Assembly: GCA_964401865.1 (NCBI GenBank)
Contig: CAYNZZ010000006.1
Coordinates: 3,398 to 35,397, forward strand
Reading direction: 5' to 3'
DNA from: an uncultured Erysipelotrichaceae bacterium
Lineage (GTDB): Bacteria > Bacillota_I > Bacilli_A > Erysipelotrichales > Erysipelotrichaceae
DNA length: 32,000 bases
The notes below the pieces were generated by a model. That model worked only from the letters and a program-made list of their open reading frames with translations. It did not search any database and was not told the DNA's origin. The translations under genes and the position numbers were made by a program. This document shows, piece after piece, positions 25,599 through 32,000 of the stretch (positions are counted from its first letter, which is position 1; each line of letters starts with the position of its first letter).

Positions 25599-27041
25599 TT
25601 ACTTATTTAAAACTTTTTGATAAATATTTTCATATTCTTTAGCCGAAGCCTTAAAGCTAACATCATAATTCATTGCATTTTGAATCAACATATTCCAATT
25701 ATCCTTATGATAATGGAACTGGTCATATGCATAGTCAAAAACATGATCGAAAGCATATTGATCAAACGGTCCGAAGCTAAATCCTCTACCACATTTTTCA
25801 TACTCATTAAGCGGTTCAACGGTATCTTTTAAACCACCTGTTTCTCTCACTAATGGAATTGTGCCATAGCGCATGGCAATAAGTTGAGAAATTCCACATG
25901 GTTCAAACAGTGAAGGCATTATAAGCATGTCTAAACCTGCATACATACGATGAGCTAAAGGTTCATTATAGCCACAGTAATATACCGCCTTATGCTTGTA
26001 TCTTTCTTCCATCATCTTTAATGCATATTCATACTTAGATTCACCTGTGCCAAGAATTGCCACCTGTACATCACGATGTAGGTTCCTAGGTAAAGCATTA
26101 ACAAATAAATCTAAACCTTTTTGCCATGTCAAACGAGAAATCATCCCCACTAAAAAGGCATCTTTGTTATCTTCTAGACCTAATTCATATTGCAGAGAAC
26201 GTTTGTTTTCAATTTTTCTATCTAACACTGTTTTAACTGTATAGTTTTTATGTATTGCATCTTTAGATGGATCAAACAAACCTGTATCAATACCATTAAC
26301 GATACCATATAAATCTTCACGACGATATTGAAGAATGACATCTAAATTTTCACCGTATTCAGATGTTTGGATTTCATTGGCATAAGTTTTAGAAACTGTA
26401 GTAACAATATCAGCAAAACATATAGCAATCTTCATGAAGTTGCAACAATCATTAAAACGTAATGAACCATCTTCGTAGTAACGATAATCAAAAGCTAAAT
26501 AATCAAACAATACTTTCTTATCATACATACCTTGATAAGCTAAATTATGAATAGTATAGATATGCTTAATTCTTCTAATACTCTCAATCGCATTATATCT
26601 CAACTTGCATAAAGCAGGTAAAATGCCTGTATGATAATCATGTTCATGACAAATATCAGGATAATAATCTAGCTTAATCATCATCTCTAAGACAGCAACA
26701 TTGAAAAATGAAAATCTGGCAGCGTCATCATCATAGCCATATACACCGTCACGATTAAAGAAAGTATCATTTTCAATGAACAAATATTCAATTCCTTCGT
26801 TAGTATATGAATAGACATTAGCCTCTTCATTAATAACACCACTATGGATATAGATATGGTCCAAGTATGTTAAACCCTCATAATAATGTTCTTTTATAAC
26901 TTTTAAAAGAGGCATTACTACACGAATTTCATATTTGCGCTTATCGATGGCTTTAGGCAAAGCATACACCACATCAGCTAATCCTCCTGTCTTCACAAAC
27001 GGCAATGATTCAAAGCTGACAAATAACAATTTCGTACTCAT
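25599..27041 (-). CDS. glgA: Glycogen synthase (ADP-glucose type, GT5)
   Basis: 480 aa with N-terminal KTGGLADV motif and C-terminal PSLFEPCG and TGGLKDTV motifs. Confidence 0.93.
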   Translation of the reverse strand: MSTKLLFVSFESLPFVKTGGLADVVYALPKAIDKRKYEIRVVMPLLKVIKEHYYEGLTYLDHIYIHSGVINEEANVYSYTNEGIEYLFIENDTFFNRDGVYGYDDDAARFSFFNVAVLEMMIKLDYYPDICHEHDYHTGILPALCKLRYNAIESIRRIKHIYTIHNLAYQGMYDKKVLFDYLAFDYRYYEDGSLRFNDCCNFMKIAICFADIVTTVSKTYANEIQTSEYGENLDVILQYRREDLYGIVNGIDTGLFDPSKDAIHKNYTVKTVLDRKIENKRSLQYELGLEDNKDAFLVGMISRLTWQKGLDLFVNALPRNLHRDVQVAILGTGESKYEYALKMMEERYKHKAVYYCGYNEPLAHRMYAGLDMLIMPSLFEPCGISQLIAMRYGTIPLVRETGGLKDTVEPLNEYEKCGRGFSFGPFDQYAFDHVFDYAYDQFHYHKDNWNMLIQNAMNYDVSFKASAKEYENIYQKVLNK

Positions 27042-28153
27042 TAGATTCTATCCCTTCTTTTTACATAAGCAGGATTTTCTTTAGTTCCAGCAATCTTTTT
27101 GACATGGGTAACGACGGCATATCTATCGACAACTGTATTTTCAATATACACATCTTTATTAATAAAAGCGCCTGGCAAAATAACCGAATCTTTAATAACC
27201 GATCCTTTTTTAATAATAACTCCTCGACCAATTACACTATTTATTACTGTGCCTTCGATTTCGCAACCATTGCCAATTATTGAATTGATAGCTGTGCCTT
27301 CTTCACGATATAAAGTCGGACAAGAATCATTAGTCATTGTGTAAATTGGCCATTCATCAGAAATCATTTCATGCAATTCTTTGCGATTGTGTACTTGCAT
27401 ACTTGTGTCATAATAAGCCTTTAATGAATTAATACAAGCTGCATAACCGTGATGTTGAAAACCTTGCACTTTTAACTCACCGACACAATCGGAAATAATA
27501 TTTTTAAACCAGAATAAACTAGAAGTAACAGTAGCCTTTTCCACTAATTCGATAAATAAACTCTTAGACATGCAATAACACTCTAAGGATATATCTTTGT
27601 TTTTGTACTTACCTAAGTTTTTATGAAAAGCAGTCACGCGCTTATCAGAATCAAAGTTGATTGTATCGCACATAATAAAGTTTTCTTTAGCGTTATTGCA
27701 ACTTTGATATAAAACAGTAATGTCATTATTGTTGGCAATATGGTATTCCAGCATCTCGCTAAAATCCTGTTTATAGATAAAATGTGATGGTGCAACAATA
27801 ACATATGAAGCAGAATTATCTTCAATATACTGCATATTAGCAGCAAACGAAGAAACATCATTGTTGTAGAAATCACTGACTACTGGTTTTTCACCATGCA
27901 AAATATGAATACGACCACGTTTAGAATTAATATTGTAATTTGTATGTTGAACATGTTCAATAACTGAACGAGGGAAATTTTTAATATGGATTTGAATATC
28001 GTCAATTTTAGAGTTAGTAAAATTAGACATCATGAAATCCATAATACGATAACGACCCAAGAAGCTTACAGCACTAATGGTTCTGAAATCACTCAAACCA
28101 CCAACCGTAGCCTCACTAGATTCAAAGTTCAATATCCCTAATACCTTTGACAT
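27041..28153 (-). CDS. glgD: Glucose-1-phosphate adenylyltransferase regulatory subunit GlgD
   Basis: 370 aa. Paralogous to GlgC (left-handed beta-helix C-terminus) but lacks the GGxGxRL catalytic N-terminal motif. Located between glgC and glgA, as in Firmicutes. Confidence 0.85.
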   Translation of the reverse strand: MSKVLGILNFESSEATVGGLSDFRTISAVSFLGRYRIMDFMMSNFTNSKIDDIQIHIKNFPRSVIEHVQHTNYNINSKRGRIHILHGEKPVVSDFYNNDVSSFAANMQYIEDNSASYVIVAPSHFIYKQDFSEMLEYHIANNNDITVLYQSCNNAKENFIMCDTINFDSDKRVTAFHKNLGKYKNKDISLECYCMSKSLFIELVEKATVTSSLFWFKNIISDCVGELKVQGFQHHGYAACINSLKAYYDTSMQVHNRKELHEMISDEWPIYTMTNDSCPTLYREEGTAINSIIGNGCEIEGTVINSVIGRGVIIKKGSVIKDSVILPGAFINKDVYIENTVVDRYAVVTHVKKIAGTKENPAYVKRRDRI

Positions 28154-29301
28154 TATCTTTCACCTGCCTTACTAACTACCGATTTAGTAACTAATAGAAT
28201 ATTTTTAGAATCCGCACTACCAATAGTTAAACCATCTGGTATCTTAATACCATCCATGACAATGCATCTTGTAACTTTTGCACCTTTGCCAACAACTGCT
28301 CCATTCATAATTACTGAATCAGTTACTTTTGCATCACTTTTTACTTCAGAATCCGTAAACAATACCGAATGTGTTACTTCGCCATCAACAACGCAACCTT
28401 GAGTGATGTATGAATTATTAATCTTGGCATTCTCACCAATAAACTGCGGACATGTATTAGCATCATCTGTATATATTTTCCAACTAGGATCAAATAAATC
28501 TAACTGAGAAGTATTATCCAACAAGTCCATGTTAGCTTCCCAAAGACTATCAACAGTTCCGACATCCTTCCAATAGCCTTTAAAACGATATGCTTTTAGT
28601 TTTAAACCATTTTTCAGATATGCAGGTATGATATCTTTACCAAAGTCATGACTTGAATTATCATTCTTTTCATCCTCAACCAAGTACTTTCTAAGCGTTT
28701 TATAATTGAAAATATAAATGCCCATACTAGCCAAATCCGACTTAGGATTTTGTGGTTTTTCTTCAAATTCAATAATATTGTCATTCTCATCACAATTCAT
28801 AATTCCAAAACGGCTAGCTTCTTTCATTGGAACTTGAATAACAGCAATAGTCGCTTCAGCTTGAGAATCAATATGTTCTTTCAACATCTTCTCATAATCC
28901 ATCTTATAGATATGGTCACCAGACAAAATCAAAACATAATCAGCATCTTCCTGATCTAAGAAATCTAGGTTTTGTGATATAGCATCAGCAGTTCCTTGAT
29001 ACAAACCAAAACCGGTATCATCCTTTTCTCTTGGCGGAAGAACATAAACTCCACCGCCTGCAATGTCTAATCCCCAAAGGTGATCTCTAGCAACATATGA
29101 ATTCAATAATACCGATTCATATTGCACTAATACACCAACCGTTGAAACATACGAATTAGCACAGTTTGATAGAACAAAGTCGATAATACGATATTTGCCA
29201 CCAAAATGAACTGCTGGTTTAGCAACTTTTTTTGTCAAATCAAAAAGCCGAGAGCCACGACCACCAGCAAGAATCATAGCTACCATTTTTCTTTGTTTCA
29301 T
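28153..29301 (-). CDS. glgC: Glucose-1-phosphate adenylyltransferase
   Basis: 382 aa with [29 protein letters not shown] and a hexapeptide-repeat C-terminus. Confidence 0.93.
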   Translation of the reverse strand: MKQRKMVAMILAGGRGSRLFDLTKKVAKPAVHFGGKYRIIDFVLSNCANSYVSTVGVLVQYESVLLNSYVARDHLWGLDIAGGGVYVLPPREKDDTGFGLYQGTADAISQNLDFLDQEDADYVLILSGDHIYKMDYEKMLKEHIDSQAEATIAVIQVPMKEASRFGIMNCDENDNIIEFEEKPQNPKSDLASMGIYIFNYKTLRKYLVEDEKNDNSSHDFGKDIIPAYLKNGLKLKAYRFKGYWKDVGTVDSLWEANMDLLDNTSQLDLFDPSWKIYTDDANTCPQFIGENAKINNSYITQGCVVDGEVTHSVLFTDSEVKSDAKVTDSVIMNGAVVGKGAKVTRCIVMDGIKIPDGLTIGSADSKNILLVTKSVVSKAGER

Positions 29302-29337
29302 ATTATAATTTCCCCTGCTTTACTTCCTTATGTCTTT

Positions 29338-29343
29338 ATTATA
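29338..29343 (-). promoter_or_regulatory. Candidate -10 box (TATAAT) of the glg operon promoter
   Basis: Minus strand ...aaaaaatgtgTATAATaaagacataaggaagtaaagcaGGGGAaattataatATG. No convincing -35 element; that position is occupied by the cre-like palindrome. Confidence 0.4.
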
Positions 29344-29359
29344 CACATTTTTTAAGTGT

Positions 29360-29375
29360 TGAGAAAGCCCTTTCA
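29360..29375 (-). promoter_or_regulatory. cre-like (CcpA operator-like) palindrome upstream of glgC
   Basis: Minus strand TGAAAGGGCTTTCTCA versus the idealised cre TGAAAGCGCTTTCA. Arms GAAAG/CTTTC are perfect, the central dinucleotide is GG instead of CG, and the 3' end is imperfect. Confidence 0.3.
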
Positions 29376-29384
29376 AATAATAAT

Positions 29385-29408
29385 AAAAAAGTGACTTTAT
29401 AAAGTCAC
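29385..29408 (-). terminator. Rho-independent terminator after the HAD-IB gene, overlapping its stop codon
   Basis: 18-nt perfect palindrome gtgactttataaagtcac (29391-29408) includes the TAA stop. Followed on the minus strand by T6 (29385-29390). Confidence 0.7.
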
Positions 29409-30125
29409 AATTTCATCATTTTTAAGATGATATATCACATTTTTTCTCTCAACAACAATATTAACCTTTGAAGTTAAATCATCTCTTTCATTGATTTGAT
29501 CAATTAGTTCTTTAGTTGGATTCATCGCATATGGATTACCAACCATCTCAAACATTGATATATCACCGGTAGTATCTCCATATGCATAACTCTCGCTTAA
29601 ATCAATATCATATAATTCAGACAATTCATTTAATGCTTTAGCTTTACTGTTATGATCCCACATTGGAACTACCTCTCCGGTATATATGTTATCTTTATCG
29701 GTAACATAAATTGTTCCTCGATAATCAGTGAACCCATATTTCTCTGCCATAATCTTTACAAGTTCGATTGGTGAACCCGAAACCGCAAAAATCAAATGTC
29801 CTTCTTTTTTGTGTCTTGTGATCTCATCTCTTGTAAAACGATATACTCGATCGCCTTTTTGACTAATAACGGTCTTGGCTATATGCAAAATATGTTCACT
29901 TGACATTCCGACAAGCGCATCTTTATATATATCTACCATTTTAATTAAATAGTCATCATAATCACCTTGTCTTCGATCATATTTAGTAAAAGCCGGTTTT
30001 ACCTCGTTATACCATTTTTCAGGTTCAACTAATTCATGAGTAATAAATTTCTTAAATACTTCAGTCAGTAAACTATCGCGATACAGAGTTCCATCTATAT
30101 CAAAAAATGCTGCTATTTTTTTCAT
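29397..30125 (-). CDS. HAD-IB family hydrolase (SerB/phosphoserine phosphatase-like)
   Basis: Motif I FFDIDGTLY, motif II SGSP, motif IV GDTTGD. ATG at 30123-30125 (MKKIAAFFDIDG) preferred, because the track start at 30155 lies inside the upstream terminator hairpin. Confidence 0.8.
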   Translation of the reverse strand: MKKIAAFFDIDGTLYRDSLLTEVFKKFITHELVEPEKWYNEVKPAFTKYDRRQGDYDDYLIKMVDIYKDALVGMSSEHILHIAKTVISQKGDRVYRFTRDEITRHKKEGHLIFAVSGSPIELVKIMAEKYGFTDYRGTIYVTDKDNIYTGEVVPMWDHNSKAKALNELSELYDIDLSESYAYGDTTGDISMFEMVGNPYAMNPTKELIDQINERDDLTSKVNIVVERKNVIYHLKNDEIVTL

Positions 30126-30131
30126 ATTTAT

Positions 30132-30140
30132 ATCATAGCA
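30132..30140 (-). promoter_or_regulatory. Extended -10-like element (TGCTATGAT) 6 nt upstream of the HAD-IB ATG
   Basis: Minus strand TGcTATGAT (30132-30140), then ataaat, then ATG (30123-30125). No Shine-Dalgarno sequence. Lies directly after the terminator. Confidence 0.35.
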
Positions 30141-30168
30141 TAAAAAGACTGCCATTTAGGCAGTCTTT
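30141..30168 (-). terminator. Rho-independent terminator after the lctP/small-ORF unit
   Basis: Stem aaagactgcc/ggcagtcttt (30144-30153 / 30159-30168) with an attta loop. T-run on the minus strand. Confidence 0.7.
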
Positions 30169-30270
30169 AAATTATAAACTAATTTGTTTCTGATTAGCAG
30201 TTCATGTAAGCAAATCCACAACCAACAGCACAGATTGCTAAAGCAGCCCATTGGAAAGTTGCAGTTTGAT

Positions 30271-30348
30271 TTAATGAAAGATATAGAATAACAACACAAA
30301 TTGTGATCACTAATACAGAAAGCAGTTTCATTTTTACAGCTTTTGGCA
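30271..30348 (-). CDS. Small hydrophobic peptide ORF (25 aa as it stands; possibly the 5' part of a frameshifted ~51-codon gene extending to 30194)
   Basis: GGAGG at 30356-30360, 7 nt before the ATG at 30346-30348. My translation: MPKAVKMKLLSVLVITFVLLFYIFH*. See the finding for the second open frame. Confidence 0.4.
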
Positions 30349-30360
30349 TTTAGTTACCTC

Positions 30361-31992
30361 CTATAAACCAAGACCCATAGAAATTAGTAAGTATGATACT
30401 AGACCAATTACTAAACCCTGGATAGCATTGTACATACCAGTTCTTGCAAGGATTTCTCCTTCTTTACCAGCCTGTCCAGATACACCTGTACCAAGAGCAG
30501 CGTTTCCTGGAGAGAATGAGTTAGATAATGCAGCAGCAGCTGATTGTTCACCTAAGATGATTGGAGCAGAAATTCCTAATGCATCAGCAACACTGTATTG
30601 TAAACCTGTGAATAGTAAGTTAGAAGATGTACCAGATGAAGTTACGAAACCACCTAGGATAGCTACGAATGGAGCCAAGATTGGATAGAATCCACCAGCA
30701 ACCATAGCAATACCGTAAGCGATGTATTCAGTCATACCAGTTTCAGTTAATAATACAGCCATCATTGTTAATGGGATGATTGTAGTTGTAGAACCGATAG
30801 ATTGTTTAATTGTCTTACCCCAAGCTTCTTTTACAGCACCTGTAGGAAGCATACCTTGAGATTTGTAGAATAAACCAGCTAAAGCAGCAGATAAGAAAAT
30901 TAATGTACCAGGAGCAGTGAAGATTGCAATTGAAGAATATTTTGCAACAGCAGCTCTAGTATAACCCCAACCAGTAACTGTTTCAGCAAATGGTAAACCA
31001 ATCTTAACAGTATCAAGAGTTGATTTGATTGGACCTACTAAGTAGATAACGAATACAACAACTAGAAGGATTAAGTAAGCAGAGAATGCTTTTAAGAAAT
31101 CGCCCCAAGAAGTTGTAGATTCTTGTTTAGCATCAGCAGCTGGTTTGTACATTGGAAGAATTGGAAGTACAACTACACCAAGAATTAGACCAACAGCACC
31201 AGCGATGAAACATGCTAAGTAAGGAGCAACGAAGCTTACGCCGACTAATGTAGCACCCATAACAACTGATAAGAATGCAACAGCGATGAAACCTTGAGCA
31301 AATGCTTGTCCAACGTTATTGATACCTTTAGTACCATAGTTATGTAAGATACAGAAACCAACTAGTAAACCACCTAATGCAACTAGGATAGCACCCCAAA
31401 GAGCGATAGTTCCTTCATTAGCAACAGCCCATTCTTGGTTAGGAATGTTCTTCATCAATGTAGAGTACATTGAACCTAAAGAACCAAACGCAATACCCCA
31501 AGAGTGACCTAATAATGCAGTAACTACTGATAATAATGGGTCAAAACCTAGACCGATTAATAGTGGAGTAGCAACAGCTACTGGAACACCGAAACCACAA
31601 ACACCTTGAATGAATGTAGGGAAAGCCCAACCTAAAATCAAGATTTGAAGAATACGGTTACCATTTGTCATTTCAGTGAACTTGTCAGCGATAGTTTTGA
31701 AACTTCCTGTTTCATTAACTAGATTGTACAAGAACATTGAAGACCAAATGATATACAATACGAATAATGTAGACCAGAATCCCTTAACTGTACCAGCAAC
31801 TAGTACTTCAGGACCTGCTTTGAAGACAAAATAAGCGATTACGCAGGCTATTACCCAACCGATGATACCTGATTTAGCTCCACTTAATTTAAGTGCTAGC
31901 ATCAATACTAGGATTACAACGATAGGCAGAATTGCAAGTACCCAAGTTAGGATACCCATTTCAGGCAAGCCTTTTGCAACGACATCAAGCAT
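30361..31992 (-). CDS. lctP: L-lactate permease (LctP family)
   Basis: 543-aa polytopic protein. GFGVPVAVATPLLIGLGFDPL and overall similarity to LldP/LctP sequences as I recall them. The start may instead be the internal Met 12; upstream sequence is cut by the window. Confidence 0.9.
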   Translation of the reverse strand: MLDVVAKGLPEMGILTWVLAILPIVVILVLMLALKLSGAKSGIIGWVIACVIAYFVFKAGPEVLVAGTVKGFWSTLFVLYIIWSSMFLYNLVNETGSFKTIADKFTEMTNGNRILQILILGWAFPTFIQGVCGFGVPVAVATPLLIGLGFDPLLSVVTALLGHSWGIAFGSLGSMYSTLMKNIPNQEWAVANEGTIALWGAILVALGGLLVGFCILHNYGTKGINNVGQAFAQGFIAVAFLSVVMGATLVGVSFVAPYLACFIAGAVGLILGVVVLPILPMYKPAADAKQESTTSWGDFLKAFSAYLILLVVVFVIYLVGPIKSTLDTVKIGLPFAETVTGWGYTRAAVAKYSSIAIFTAPGTLIFLSAALAGLFYKSQGMLPTGAVKEAWGKTIKQSIGSTTTIIPLTMMAVLLTETGMTEYIAYGIAMVAGGFYPILAPFVAILGGFVTSSGTSSNLLFTGLQYSVADALGISAPIILGEQSAAAALSNSFSPGNAALGTGVSGQAGKEGEILARTGMYNAIQGLVIGLVSYLLISMGLGL

Positions 31993-32000
31993 GAAATATT

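Noticed and set aside
30126-30155. Longer N-terminus (MAVFLCYDIN...) for the HAD-IB hydrolase
   Set aside because: The extension lies inside the terminator hairpin at 30144-30168. HAD motif I normally sits within about 10 residues of the N-terminus, as it does with the ATG at 30125.
30361-31992. Visibly higher GC of the lactate permease gene as a sign of horizontal acquisition
   Set aside because: Third codon positions remain A/T-biased (GCT, GGT, GTT, ACT, GCA). The excess GC comes from the Gly/Ala/Val/Leu-rich membrane-protein composition, and there are no flanking mobility genes or repeats.

Overview
Low-GC (about 30% by eye) Firmicutes-type chromosomal segment. It uses the standard bacterial code: TGA acts as a stop in ATGA gene overlaps and Trp is TGG. 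About 36 protein genes are packed tightly, with many 1-, 4- and 8-nt overlaps, and all but two lie on the minus strand. Most of the content is housekeeping: rpsL-rpsG, uppP, pepV, xth, an M24 aminopeptidase, a class A PBP, cmk-der-gpsA (no rpsA between them), efp, rpmG, an MBL hydrolase, two HAD hydrolases and a lactate permease. There is also a complete seven-gene comG competence-pseudopilus operon and a glgC-glgD-glgA-glgB glycogen synthesis operon. I saw no rRNA, tRNA, CRISPR array, transposase, integrase or phage genes. The synteny and protein sequences suggest an Erysipelotrichia/Bacilli-like organism, but I cannot assign a taxon without a search. The best candidate for something undescribed is the block 4371-7368, inside a nine-gene overlapping operon that starts with pepV. 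That block holds a pair of divergent G3E/COG0523-type GTPases, two unknown membrane proteins and a PPC/DUF296 protein. One GTPase is canonical, with CXCC and a 13-His linker. The other lacks CXCC and ends in a CC-A-D-D domain that I recall from DUF1980/YcgQ-type proteins. Secondary observations: three genes whose extended -10 promoters sit 6-8 nt from the start codon with no Shine-Dalgarno sequence (candidate leaderless mRNAs); an apparently frameshifted small membrane-protein gene after lctP; a 466-aa Glu-rich tail-anchored protein coupled to cmk; and a cre-like palindrome in the glgC promoter. All functional calls rest on reading the translated ORFs and on motif memory. No database search was possible.
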